In this document: positions 11,821 through 24,809 of the stretch, piece after piece
Layout of the letters: every line of letters begins with the position of its first letter
Numbering within the stretch: position 1 is the stretch's first letter
DNA from: Podarcis melisellensis
Taxonomy: Eukaryota
NCBI GenBank assembly: GCA_964234715.1
Contig: OZ174275.1
Direction: 5' to 3' (one strand)
DNA: 64,000 bases
Program-made: the position numbers and the translations under genes
The notes under the pieces: generated by a model
Databases searched by the model: none
Told to the model about the DNA's origin: nothing
Seen by the model: the letters and a program-made list of their open reading frames with translations, nothing else

Positions 11821-13185
11821 TATAGTATTCTGTTATTGTGCCCTACATTTCATTGAATCTAACCGAAGGTTTAAACAGTGAATGTGGCACAAATAAGGCA
11901 TTTTATCAGAAAATGAGAATGTTTTCACAAAGGACAAGAATGAACTGATAAGCCATTACTCAGTAGTTGTTCTGTACTGTTAGTTGTATTTGTTCAAAGC
12001 AGAATGCAAAGATGCACAAATAGAATTAGCAAGTTTCTTTCCTAATATCCAGTTCAGTTACTAAAAGGAGGTTGAGCTGTCAAATGAACTAAAATTGATT
12101 TGGCATGTGCACTTCGTTATGGTGAAATTTTAAGTTTTGGAACCTCTTCATGATAAATCTTTCCAGACGTATATGTGTTGAAATTCCAACACATTTGGAA
12201 GTTAACAAAATGAGAAGCAAGATGTCAAGGAGAACGGCCTCCCATGAGATTTCTTATGTTGCTCAAGGAATGCAGAGTTGTTTACCTGTCTCATTTACAT
12301 CCTTGGAGATTTCATATCTAAATAAATTCTCTCTCAAAAAAAGATGTGTGTCAAAATATGTTCTGCAATCTGAATTTATAATATAACGCCATTACACTGT
12401 GCTAGACAGGCAAGTGGCCCAACTTTCTATAGAGATGCTGCTGCTGCTGCTGCTGTTTCCCTGCCCCCCCTCCCTGTGTGTGTGTACGCACACAAAAGGA
12501 AGTTACCTAAGTTTCTTCTGAGACCTTTCCCTGCAATTTCCCTTACCCTGCTTGTAACAGGCTACATGCAATATAGTGCTCCTAGACATTCCCAGTAATG
12601 CAATGCACTCTGCCATAAAGTTATCCCATAGCTTGTATACTGGCATGAATATATTCAACACTCTTTGCCTTGCCTACATTATTTTCAATCCTGTTATACC
12701 ACTGAACTCTTCATACCTTTTCACTGAATTGGTGTCTTCTGCAATCAGTGTTGCGTAATGTCAAAACATTTCGTTTTAAACAAGCACCTTGTTGTTCTGG
12801 CATGTATCATGGAAAAAATAATAATAATATAGCCTGTGAAATGAATTATTGGCGCCCATCTATCTTCATTATCTCATTTTTCCTTTTGTAAATTTTTAGT
12901 ACCTGTTAATAACCTCTAGTGATAGTTTTGTATGGGAGACTTGATTTTATTTGTCATTTAACATACAGGCCTGATACCCAGATGCCTTGTTTTTCCTTCT
13001 CTCTTTCTGCTACCTCCCTCACTGTCATAGGCACTTAGAAAGCTGCCTTATACAGAATTCAACTGACAGTCCATCTAATTCAGAATTGTCTACACAGTGG
13101 CTGGCAGTAGCTCACCAGGATTTTAGGCAGTGTATTGAGCAGATTAATATTAAGCAGGCAGCAAGTAGGGCTGAAGGCTTTCTTT

Positions 13186-13547
13186 TGTTTGTTGTTGTCG
13201 TTTAGTCGTGTCCGACTCTTCGTGACCCCATGGACCAGAGCACGCCAGGCTCTTCTGTCTTCCACTGCCTCCCGCAGTTTGGTCAGACTCATGTTTGTAG
13301 CTTCGAGAACAGTGTCCAACCATCTCGTCCTCTGTCGTCCCCTTCTCCTTGTGCCCTCCATCTTTCCCAACATCAGGGTCTTTTCCAGGGAGTCTTCTCT
13401 TCTCATGAGGTGGCCAAAGTATTGGAGCCTCAGCTTTAGGATCTGTCCTTCCAGTGAGCACTCAGGGCTGATTTCCTTAAGAATGGATTGGTTTGTTCTT
13501 CTTGCAATCCATGGGACTCTCAAGAGTCTCCTCCAGCACCATAATTC
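13186..13547 (-). mobile_element. BovB (RTE clade) LINE 3' fragment
   Basis: ORF 13523-13080 (RVPW..RRTNQSILKEI...LQYFGHLMRR...EKTLMLGK...RRRGRQRTRWLD...WRALVHGVTKSR) is the RTE/BovB ORF C-terminus; (CAA)n tail. Confidence 0.92.
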
Positions 13548-14685
13548 GTACTAACCCACAATACCTAACCTGGTGCATACATGTAGCTGTTTTCTAGCCT
13601 TCTCTTTGCAAACTATGCCTGTGATGCATGCATTGCCATCAAAAGTGATATTATCAAGTTCTGTGGTGCCTTGGGCAGATTAGTTAACATATCAGCCTCA
13701 CTGCCTCTGAAGTGCGTGTCAGTGTGGGAACATCTTGAATGACTCCCCACCCCTCAGCTGGTGACGTTTTCCTGGCAACTTCCCTTTGACAAAAGATAGA
13801 TATGTGTCCATAAGATTTTGCTGACAACAAAACTACAGTATCTTGGGCTCTTGGCAGCTTTCTAACAAATCTATAGTATGCAAGTTAGCAAAAACCCTCA
13901 GCTACAAATCCTAACCAGCGTTTCTACAGCATAGCATTCATGTAATGCTAAACCAAACAATGGCTTAGCACCAATGCACAGATTTTAGTGTTAACCATGA
14001 CCCACAGGGTTTTGATTTGCCAGAAACCTTTTTCTTTTAATTTAGATTTTATCCGTATCGTTAATACTTCCCCCCCTCCCCGGTCATTAAAAAAGAAGCA
14101 AATTTAAAACCATTTCCTTAAGGAAATGTTTCTGCATCAGCAATTTTTTATGATTATCCATTTTCATGTAAACAGCCTAAAGCAAAGGTATAATAACTGT
14201 GTGTTGCAGAACAGGGGACAAAAAAACTTAATCGCTTGAAAATCTAACATTTCAAGCAACTGCATGCTAAAACTACAGTGAATAGTAGGGTATGGTTCAG
14301 TTTTGGTTAAAGATGAATCTGTTCTCCCTTTTTGAAAGGAAGCTCTTAAATTATTACTGATACCTTAGATCTCAAGTGTTGTTTGACTTTATTCTGCAGT
14401 TGTAGGCTATGTTTTTTGTGCTCAATCTGGTTGAGGTGTCCTTATGGTCAAGGTGCTGATAGCATTCTTTAGTAGTATATTTGGGGTTTTTATTGCTATA
14501 TTTTGTTTTTATTGTTGTGTAAAATGTATACCATGCAGCTCTAAAGCATTTCATTTAAAAAAACAAAACCAGAATTTTAAATGTTGAGTTTCAGCTTCAT
14601 ATTGCCCATCTCTTGCTTCTGCGTTAATATAACTAAGCTTTACCTATCCTATTTGTGACATTAAAAAAACAAATTTCACCCTAAT

Positions 14686-14822
14686 AAGTGCTTTTTTCCC
14701 AGGGGGTACTCATGGGTACACAATACTGGCACCTCTTTTTTATTGTTGTTAAAAAGTGTGGCACTTACTGTAACAACTTCATGGTGAGTACTGGCACCTA
14801 TTTTTCCAGGAAAAAAGCACTG
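14686..14822. mobile_element. Non-autonomous DNA transposon
   Basis: TIRs AGTGCTTTTTTCC / GGAAAAAAGCACT; internal direct repeat TACTGGCACCT. Confidence 0.65.
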
Positions 14823-14927
14823 ACCTGAAGTAACACTTCTTGAGCATACACACCATGTCCAGTAAAAGAAAAAGCACAAAGTTCCACATTTTTCTTCATT
14901 AACTCAAGCATTAGAGAGAGGGACCAC

Positions 14928-15324
14928 CAGGGTCAGCACAATTTTTCGGCAGGTGGTTGGTCCACTGTCCCTCATACCTTGTTGGGGGCCGGACTATATT
15001 TTTTTTTTGGGGGGGGGAATGAACGAATTCCTATGCACCACAAATAGCCCAGAGATGCATTTTAAATAAAAGGACACATTCTACTCATGTAAAAACACCA
15101 GGCAGGCCCCACAAATAACCCAGAGATGCATTTTAAATAAAAGGACACATTCTACTCATGTAAAAACACCAGGCAGGCCCCACAAATAACCCAGAGATGC
15201 ATTTTAAATAAAAGCACACATTCTACTCATGTAAAAACATGCTGATTCCCGGACTGTCTGCAGGCCAGATTTAGAAGGCGATTGGGCCAGATCTGGCCCC
15301 CGGGCCTTAGTTTGCCTACCCATG
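14928..15324. mobile_element. hAT-like non-autonomous element with internal minisatellite
   Basis: Termini CAGGGTCAGCA / TTTGCCTACCCATG; GGCC-rich subterminal regions typical of hAT elements. Confidence 0.7.
15038..15239. repeat. 71-bp tandem repeat, about 2.8 copies
   Basis: CAAATA(G/A)CCCAGAGATGCATTTTAAATAAAAG starts at 15041, 15112 and 15183. Confidence 0.95.
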
Positions 15325-15630
15325 GACTAGCTGATACCTAAGTGGAATTGGATTCTGTGATGCAGGGCAAATGTAGAGTATGCCTGGGCGATATATCAGT
15401 ATATCGCCCAAGACCAGTATGAGGAGCAGACCGCGATGTCTATTTCACTCAGCAGTATATCATTGGTGAAACTGCCACCGCTTCTGAGTCCCTCTGCTAG
15501 CAGCGTTCTTCTTCACACAAATAACATGTAATGGAGGGGGCTACACTCCTAGTATAGTTTCATATGTTATCGAGTAGAAGACGACTTTCTAGTTGCTCTC
15601 TCTAATTTATGAGCTTCTTTTCCTAAAAGG

Positions 15631-16250
15631 CATAGCTGTCAAGTGTCCCTTATTTGAAGGGACAGTCCCTTATTCCAGCGCCATGTCCCGCTGCTGTCCC
15701 TTACTGATGGATGTCCCTTAAATGATGTCCCTTAAATGTCCCTTAAATGATGTCCCTTAAATTTCAAAGGAAGCAGCTCCTCTCCCTCCCTCCCTGCCGG
15801 CCAGGAAGGAGGGAGGCTCCAACTGTGTTGCTTGGCTGTGTTGCTCACCCAATAAGAAGTCTAAGAACGACTTGGGGGTGGAGCTTGCATGCCTTGTGTG
15901 TGGCTAGTTAATGCAAGCTGAGGGGTTTTTTGAATGCTGGACACCATTTTGTTGCACGTGCTGCTGCAAACTTTGCAGTGCAAAGCTAGGCCAGGGAGCC
16001 ATCTTAAGTTGAGGCTGCATAGGCCTTGTGGTGCATGTGATTCAGATTTTATTCAGTTGAACCTTTGGTTACAAAGTTGGTTGGACAGTGTTCTCGAAGC
16101 TACCAGCATAAGTTTGACCAGACTGCAGGAGGACAGGAAGACTGGAGTGCCTGGAACAGGTGAGGCTGCAGGTCCCTTATTTTGGCTGCTGGTCTCTTAT
16201 TTTCAAGGCTGCTGATCCCTTATTTTCAAATCTATAAGTTGACAGCTATG
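15631..16250. mobile_element. Non-autonomous DNA transposon (12-bp TIR, apparent 9-bp TSD) containing a BovB fragment
   Basis: TIRs CATAGCTGTCAA / TTGACAGCTATG; flanks CCTAAAAGG on both sides; many GTCCCTTA subterminal motifs; BovB-like sequence at about 16077-16154. Confidence 0.85.
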
Positions 16251-17639
16251 CCTAAAAGGTAAAACAAGGTCATTGTCTTGGAACTGTGGTAGATTAGTAG
16301 CAGAAAAGATTGAACAGCACATAATGCCAAACATTTTGACAAGCAATTAAATAATATTACTTCATACAATTGGAGCAGCAGGGGAAGAATAGTAAGGAAG
16401 CAAATTTGTGCTGTTGATGGAGACATCAGGCACTAAGAATTAAAGTAGCATGTTTGTAACCTTACAAGTAGGGAAGAACTATTATTGAGAAAATGACCAA
16501 AAGACAGTGACTTTATGGTGCATATTGTATGACACTACAATTGCCAACATTACTGGTGTTCAACCTTTGTCACAGGTCTTTGTGGCACACCTGAATACCA
16601 ACAGTTCTGTCCTCTAACTTACTAGGTCACCATATTAAGGCATGAAGGTCTGCATGTGTACAACTTTAGAATAATGCTGTCTCATACTTGGACTTGATTT
16701 GTAATACACCACAATAATTCGTAGTGCAAACACGTGCAATTATTAATTATAGCAAGTGTGGCTAATCTGTGGTTGTCCAGACGTTTTTGGACTATAGCTC
16801 CCATTTACCCTGATCTTTGGCTATACTTACTGGGATTGGTGAAACTTGGAGACATACAGTAACAATCGTGACCAGAGATTGTAAAAGCTGGAATTTAAAT
16901 TAGGAGCTGCCACTGTTGTATAGCAGCTAAGAGCTAACCTTGTTGGAGAATTGTATCTCTGTGCCACAAGTAACTAACTACCATTTTATAATTTGCTGCG
17001 ATAAATACCTACTCTGACATTTTGTGTGCTTCAGGAAGAGAACATTGGTTTGCCAAGAAAGAAGAATCCCTCCAGGCTCCAGCTGTTTCATCTGTTTTTT
17101 GCTCTTTTAAATTTAATGACACTTTTGAATCTGGTTTAATTGCTGGTTTGGAAGCAAAACTCCCTTATACCTCCCAGCTCCCCTAGTTTTTCTAACCTCA
17201 GGCTAGCCTTATATCTCAAACCTGAGCATGCTTATCTCAGGATTGAACAACAACAACAAAAACTCTAAAATTGAGCTGAATATATTGCCCAGGAGTTGTT
17301 GCATTTAAATATAATTATGATATGGCATCACCTCATGTTGTCTAATGAGTGTAAGCGCAGCTGAGGATTCTTTGTGTAAAATAAAAACGATCCCAGAATC
17401 TGAAAACACACAGATGCGGAAACCTGTTTCAGTAGCTTGGATTGAAGTAAAATAGGAAGGTGAAGAGGAGAGCTGTGGCATGGATGAAGGGAAGGAGACA
17501 GAATGCTCACTTCCTGACTATATGAAGGTTACTTTCTGATTTCTGATCTTTACTTTGTTATACATGCAGTTTCGTCCTTTCTCCAAACGGATGGTGGCAA
17601 AGTACGGGGGGGGGGGGGGGAGAGGGTTGAGCTTTGCAA

Positions 17640-17792
17640 GCAAGAAGTCTCAGATTAAATCATTGATGTCTCTAAGTAGGGCTTGGAAAGACCTCCTCCA
17701 AAACCCCAGAGAGCTGCTGCCAATCATTATTGACAAAATTGAGCTAGATGGACCAATGATCCGAATTGGTACAAGACAACTACCTGTGTTCT
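17640..17792 (+). mobile_element. Squamate tRNA-derived SINE, degenerate
   Basis: GAGAGCTGCTGCCAATC...GAGCTAGATGGACCAATG motif; related pieces at about 45300-45735 (interrupted) and 48885-48962. Confidence 0.55.
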
Positions 17793-18379
17793 GTGGGTTA
17801 TTTTACTCTCTCCATCCACCATGAAAGAGAGTGATTAGGCCAAGTCACAGGAGTGAGCTTTATTATTGAAGGATGTGTTGGAGGACATGTGAACAATTGT
17901 TTCCCTCACCCAGCTCAAGAGACACTGTCTGCTACACCAGGGGTGGGCATATCCCAGGCTTGTGAAAGAGACTCCTGCCCCTGTCTGCCCCATGATCCTG
18001 AGGGAACCAGAGCCTCATGGAAAAACCATTCAATTAGAAGGAAGAATTATGAATTCAGGGGTTTGTTTTGAGTACCAACTGAGCTCACAGTCCTTCAGCA
18101 CACGTGTGTGTTTGTCATCTTGTTGCAGATTGCCCAGAGATCTACTGGTAGATCCAGATATAATAAATTAATTTCCAGCTCTTAGGTCTTCCCACACCTG
18201 TGCTATAGTACAGACCACCATTGCTCAAACTTTTCCACAGCTGTGAGAGGAAATGTTTTGTCTTCTCTTAAAAAAATAAAAGCTGACATGTCTCAGAATG
18301 GCAAATTCTGTAGACTTTGGATAAGAGAGAGAGAGCGAGAGAGAGAGAGTACTACCTCACTGAGCACATAATTAACTTA

Positions 18380-18630
18380 TGGAAGTCACTAATCTGAATG
18401 GTGATAGCTTTAAAGGGGGAGGGGAATCATGGAGGGATGGGTATCTAATTGGCTATTGATCATGATGGTTATGTGAAATCTCCATATGAAGAAGCCGCAT
18501 ACCACAAAATACCAGTTTACAACAAAACATGTTTCAAGCCCTCCTCCTTCGCTTCCCTGAGGCATCTGATTGGCTTCTGTGGGAAGTAGGTTTCTGGGTT
18601 AGGTAGTCTGATCCAGCAGGGCTCTTAAGT
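18380..18630 (+). mobile_element. CR1 3' fragment
   Basis: GCTTTAAAGGGGG...GGCATCTGATTGGC...CTGATCCAGCAGGGCTCTT. Confidence 0.55.
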
Positions 18631-20849
18631 TGTTTTAATCTGTGTGCAGTGACAGCTCCTGATTCATTACTCCTGCTCTTGTAATGAGAAGTTCTGATTA
18701 TAATTTGGAGAACGTGACTAGAGTGTTTGGCCAATGCTGACATGTCTTGCCTTGGTGGCTGCATTGCATTACTTGAACATTCTCTCTTGTGCTTGACATG
18801 TGTTTCCATAGGCATAAATCATAGATCATAAAAGCACTGTAATTTTCTGAGAGTATTATAAATCGAATCTATATCTATATTCCTTTTAGAGAATGTGGTT
18901 ATGTTTAAATTCACAAACATAGCACAACAGCGGTGAGGAACCTGTGGTCCTCCAATTGTTATTGGATTACAAGTACTATCCATCCCAGCCCAGTACGGCC
19001 AGTGGTCAGAGACTTCTTAAGGACCATTGGTTCCCCACTATGGTACTGGAGAGAATGTTGGTTTTGCCCTTTACATTTGAAAACACCCAAATGCCATGTG
19101 TTTAGCTGATGGAAACGAGCCAAGGTTTAAAACTCCCATTGTTTTAGGCACATTTTGTGGCAGGGAATTTCATTAGCACAAGCAGTTTCTGGGCGCAGTA
19201 GTGCACCTAAAATTTCTGATTAAAGCTGCAGAGTGGAAGGAAAGGACGACCTTTTTCTGCCTCCCCTCTTCCAGCTACTCTCTGAAGACTGGAGAAGAGA
19301 CCCTCTTAAGAATATTAGGGGGGGTGGGCAGGGGAAGGACTAGACCATGTGAAAAATGGACATAATATTTTAGCTGCAGTTCATTCATTTTCAGCTTCGT
19401 ATTCTTGTTATAAAAAAGGTGCGCCTAGACATTCCGTTGTTGCGCTCACAACCTAGGTGCATGGTGCCATTTAGCTCCTAGCTTCAGTTTCTCAGTTTCT
19501 AACACTGAAAACAAGCAAAGAGCTCTGGCAGAGACACCAAAACAGAGCAACAGCTGCAGAGAATGCAGCATGGAAACATGTCTTGGAGATTACAGATTTG
19601 TTCTAATGTCGTTTATCTGGAAGGCTGTGAATGTGGGAATTAAAATGTGACACATAGATACCAGAAAAGCTACATGTGGAGTGTCAGGGCATAGAAAGAT
19701 TAACAGGGATGTTTGTTTTCAGCTGTACCGTAGAGAAGGGATGTGGAAAGAAAAATACTAAGGTGTTTTGGCAAATGCTCTCTATATATGTTGTCACATC
19801 TGTGACTGGAATTTCCTCTATTCTCCAACCTACTCCATGGAACTGCACTGCATTCTTTCTTCTTTACCTCTTCTCACTCTGCTCCTAAATAAATATCAGC
19901 CACTGCTCTGTGTATGGGATGGCTGGCGTTTGTGGATGCTAAATTCAGTCATTTTGCAGTATGTGCTAGAGTTTGGGTAGGTTTTATCATTCGCTGTGGG
20001 ACTGAGGATGTGTTGGATTTTAAATCCATTGCTTCTTTTGCATGGCTGAACTGTTTTGCCTGAGTTGAACTTTAGGAATGTGTGGAATTTTGGGGTGGGA
20101 CTCGGAAGTTACTGGTTACAAGGTGGCTTCATTATTTATTTCTTCCTTATGCGATCACTTGGCTGTCATTTCCACAGCGTAAAACAGCATTTTCTCCTCA
20201 TGAAGCATGATGAGTAAAAATATTTGCCACATCTTCTGTTTGACATTTTTCATAATGTCTAGTCCTACCTCTGCAACAGAATGGCATCCTGATCTTAAAC
20301 CACACCTACTAAGATGCTAGGTAAATAACCTTTAAAGTAGGGAGTCTGAAAGAGCCAGAGCCCACCTCCCTATGATATTTCAATTCCTTCCCCTGACTTT
20401 CCATCTCTTATTTGAAAATATTACACTAGTGAAGCACTCCCTCCCCATTTCTAAAAAGATTTTTTTTTTTGCCTACTCCAATCAGCTACAGCAAGAAAAT
20501 CTTCAGCATTGCTCACAAACATTTCTCTTATACCTCAAGTCCGTGCAAATTATGGTTTTCCCCCATTATTAAGACCTCAGAAAACCAGGGTGGGCGAAGA
20601 GACAGCACCCCCCCCCCCCGCCAACCCTTCACAATTTTACTGGCTGTTCAAAATCTGTAAAAGAAAGATACTGAGTTTATAGGTTTGACAGTTTCTAATA
20701 AATATCATCACACAGAAAATTAATATAGATTTAGGAACTGATATTCAAACCTTAAACTTCAGTTGGCCCGGGGGGGGGGGGAATGGAATTGGGGCAGTTA
20801 AGCTATTAATTATGTGGCTGATATTATTAGCACAACTTGTTTTCTTAGA

Positions 20850-21208
20850 GGTAAAGGTAAAGGTAAAGGTACCCCTGCCCGTACGGGCCAGTCTTGCCAG
20901 ACTCTAGGGTTGTACGCTCATCTCACTCTATAGGCCGGGAGCCAGCGCTGTCCGCAGACACTTCCGGGTCACGTGGCCAGCGTGACAAGCTGCATCTGGC
21001 GAGCCAGCGCAGCACACGGACATACCTTCCCGCTGGTAAGCGGTCCCTATTTATCTACTTGCACCCTGGGGTGCTTTCGAACTGCTAGGTTGGCAGGCGC
21101 TGGGACCGAACGACGGGAGCGCACCCTGCTGCGGGGATTCGAACCGCCGACCATGTGATCGGCAAGTCCTAGGCGCTGAGGTTTTATCCACAGCACCACC
21201 CGGGTCCC
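20850..21208 (-). mobile_element. Sauria SINE, full length
   Basis: (ACCTTT)n tail; tRNA-like head with GGTTCGAATCC B-box on the minus strand; short TTAGA duplication at the flanks. Confidence 0.92.
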
Positions 21209-21905
21209 TTAGATGTAGGCCCTTTCAAAGCACACATAAATGAAATAGGGATACATTATAGGATTCTTGCTGGAGGTGAACCCAGGCTGTGGTATTGCTC
21301 ACTCTGTAGTCTTTAGATTGTGGAGCCTCCCAATTTTACACTGCAAACAGGGCAATATACCCCGATTTTCCAATCATATATCTGTCAGGGAGGGAACAAT
21401 TCAGAATATTTGGAAAGTTGTGTCTCTCCTCCACTGGAGCAGAAGAACCCCACTCATCTGCTTTTCAACTACTGTCTAGCAGAAATATATTCCTAACCTC
21501 TGCGGGTAAATCTGAATGGTCAATTGCATTTGTCTCTTCCTCATCCATTCACATGATTTATCATCCCTTGATACTGCTGTCAGCAACAATATAACAGAAG
21601 TGCTTCTTTGAGGTTGGTAGATTATCTGAATTCAGCAGATATAGTCAATACTGGCATCAAACAGCTAGTAGAATTTTGAGATTTCAAAATGTCGCCCCAT
21701 TTTGTTGCAGGGAGTTTCACCTATACATAAGGCATGCTAGTTCTCATATTTTTGTTTTAAAGATTTCTGTTGCATATTGGTGAAAAACAAGTAAACCTCT
21801 TTCCTCAGCACAACAAACAAAGAGGAATTATGTTGCTTTTAAGTACTGGTGCAAAATGGAGTATTGTAACTATCATTTAGAAAATTGAAGTTTTAAAAAT
21901 TACCA

Positions 21906-21908
21906 ACA

Positions 21909-21980
<72 letters not shown>
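21906..21980. repeat. Compound (CA)n(GA)n microsatellite
   Basis: Directly visible. Confidence 0.97.
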
Positions 21981-21983
<3 letters not shown>

Positions 21984-21995
21984 CTCTGGGTGGTA

Positions 21996-22124
21996 CAGTG
22001 GTACCTCGGGTTACAGACGCTTCAGGTTCCAGACTCTGCTAACCCAGAAATAGTACCTTAGGTTAAGAACTTTGCTTCAGGATGAGAACAGAACAAATTA
22101 AGTTCTTAACTCGAGGTACCACTG
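21996..22124 (+). mobile_element. Tc1/mariner MITE, internally deleted copy of the 11604 family
   Basis: CAGTGGTACCTC / GAGGTACCACTG TIRs; shared GACTC(T/C)GCTAACCCAGAAATA core. Confidence 0.85.
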
Positions 22125-22584
22125 TTGGGGTCAGAACAGACTTATTTAAATTAATGTTTCTAACTTTGTCCTGTTCATTAATTTCAGTTGATCTACTCTT
22201 GAGTAAAACTTAGCTGAATATCCTCCTCTGTCATCCCTGCATGACAGATTTGTCATATGGTTTCTGAAATTTGCTAACAGGCACAGACATTGATTAACAA
22301 ATTTGGACTAGTTTGTTAAACTAACAGGTGGTTGCAGTTGCACTGATCCTCCTCTGAGTTTCTGTGGCAAAAACAAAGTGTGCAAGGGGAAAGCAAAGAG
22401 TCATATTTATCATATTTATGCTGCACATCATAGTATGCAAGTAATGTGGTCAGATGACAAAAGCAGGTTGGGTTATTAATAAGTACCACAGGGAGGTGTC
22501 TTCAGAGGCAAAGCAACATTCATGTACAGATATGATATCTATTCCATGAACTTATAGTAATACATTTAAAGGGCCAAGCTACTA

Positions 22585-24042
22585 ATCCATTCCAGTCCGG
22601 CTTCCGCGCGGGTCATGGGACCGAGATGGCTCTGGTTGCCCTAACAGATGATCTTCGTAGACAGCTGGATCGAGGCGGGTCGGGGCTGCTGATCCTTCTA
22701 GATCTGTCAGCAGCTTTCGACATGGTTGATCACGAACTCCTGGACCACCGCCTTGCCGACGTGGGGATTCAGGGCACAGTCCTTCAATGGCTGCGCTCAT
22801 TTCTCTCTGGTCAGGGACAGAGGGTGGCGCTTGGGGGGGAATTGTCATCGCGCCACTCCTTGGTGTGTGGAGTACCTCAGGGTGCAATACTCTCCCCGAT
22901 GCTTTTCAACATCTTTATGCGCCCCCTCGCCCAGCTTGTCCGGAGTTTTGGGCTGGGTTGCCATCAGTATGCTGATGACACCCAACTCTATCTGTTGATG
23001 GATGGCCATCCTGACTCGGCCCCAGACACACTGACCAGATGTTTGGAAGCTGTGGCTGGATAGTTACGTGGGAGCCGGTTGAAGCTAAATCCTTCGAAGA
23101 CAGAGGTCCTGTGGCTGGGACGGGACGATATGGGATCGGGGGGGCAACTCCCATCTCTTGCGGGGGTGCCAGCACCATCCGTTAAGAGTTTGGGTGTAAT
23201 CTTCGACACCTCCCTTTCCATGGAGGCGCAGATTGCAGCTATAACAAAGGCGGCATTTTTTCATCTCCGCCAAGCTAAGCAGTTGGCTCCCTACCTCTCT
23301 CGCCCTGACCTAGCCACTGTGATCCATGCGACGGTCACCTCCAGACTGGATTATTGTAACTCGCTCTACGTGGGGCTGCCCTTGAGACTGACCCAGAAAC
23401 TCCAGCGGGTGCAGAATGCTGCAGCGAGACTCCTTACGGGGTCTTCGCTGCGAGACCACATTCACCCGGTGCTATACCAGCTGCACTGGCTCCCGGTGGA
23501 GTACAGGATCAGGTTTAAGGTGCTGGTTTTAACCTTTAAAGCCCTATACGGCCTAGGACCCTCGTACCTACGGGACCGCCTCTCCTGGTATGCCCCACAG
23601 AGAAACTTACGGTCTTCAAATAAAAACATCTTGAAGGTCCCAGGCCACAGAGAAGTTAGGCTGGCCTCAACTAGAGCCAGGGCTTTTTCGGCTGTGGCTC
23701 CGATCTGGTGGAACGCTCTGTCACTAGAGACTAGGGCCCTGCGGGACTTGACATCTTTCCGCAGGGCCTGCAAGACAGAGCTGTTCCACCAGGCCTTTGG
23801 CCAGGGCACAGCCTGACTCCCTCCCTCGGCAATCTTCGTGGAGCTCTGGCACAATGGTTGCCAGTGGCTTGATTTGAATCAATTTTACAATGAATGATTT
23901 TAGAGTGTTGTTTATACTGTACTTTGTACTGTTTTATTTTTGTTAGCCGCCCTGAGCCCGGCTTTGGCTGGGGAGGGCGGGATATAAATAAAATTTATTA
24001 TTATTATTATTATTACTATTATTATTATTATTATTATTATTA
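22585..24042 (+). mobile_element. L2-clade LINE, 5'-truncated (RT C-terminal half, 3' UTR and (TTA)n tail)
   Basis: Motifs LLDLSAAFD, GVPQGAILSP, YADDTQLY, LNPSKTEV, SRLDYCN and LHWLPV. ORFs 22626 and 23079 share one frame, split by a single TAG at 23061-23063. Confidence 0.93.
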
Positions 24043-24590
24043 ATGTCCAAAAAACACCAATGAAGGATGCTAATTTGGACTGATGAGAAGGAAGTTACGG
24101 TAATCCTTCCACCCTGTGCAATTCAGTTTCCTAGGCTGTCATCTGACCAAATTGCTTTGGGGACTTGGCATATGGATAAAGTTCAGTTTCTTCCCACCCA
24201 ACCCCAAATTAGATGGCCTCTTCATAATCTGTGCCCCACTACATTTGGGGACATGAATCATTAAATTCTAATATCAAGATTAATTTGGCTCCAAGTTTTG
24301 TCAGACAGAACAAGTGGAACCTGCAGCATGCAGTACTCTGGTCCCAGGCTCCATTCTATTCCCCCTGCCCAATGGTTTCGTACTCTCCCACACACTCCAG
24401 TGGTGGCCATGGCCACTAAGCATGCGCAGTCCTCGTTTGACTGTTTCTGGAGTTAGGTCCCCCCCCCATTAGTTTTTGTTTGTTTGTTGCTTCTGCAAAT
24501 GCAGGCGTACCTTCCAGTACCTGCCTTGTCTGTGAATGGTGCTGTTTGGCCACATCAAGATCAAAGGCTCAGAGAAAGGATTCCCTATTA

Positions 24591-24809
24591 CAGTGGTACC
24601 TCGGTTTAAGAACAGCCCTGTTTACGAACGATTCAGTTTCCAAAACCGGAAGTAATGTCCTGGTTTGTGAACTTTACCTCAGTCTAAGAACAGAAGCCAA
24701 ATGGTAGATGGGCATCAGCGGTGGGAGGCCTCATTAGGGAAAGCATGCTTTGGTTTAAGAATGGTTTCGGTTTAAGAAAAGATTAAGTTTGTAAACCGAG
24801 GTACCACTG
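24591..24809. mobile_element. Tc1/mariner MITE
   Basis: TA|CAGTGGTACCTCGGTTTA ... TAAACCGAGGTACCACTG|TA. Confidence 0.88.

Noticed and set aside
15038-15239. CRISPR-like array
   Set aside because: Units are contiguous with no unique spacers, there are no cas genes, and the context is a eukaryotic transposon.
22626-23816. Retron, DGR or domesticated reverse transcriptase gene
   Set aside because: L2-clade motifs, 5' truncation, internal stop and (TTA)n tail identify an ordinary LINE copy.
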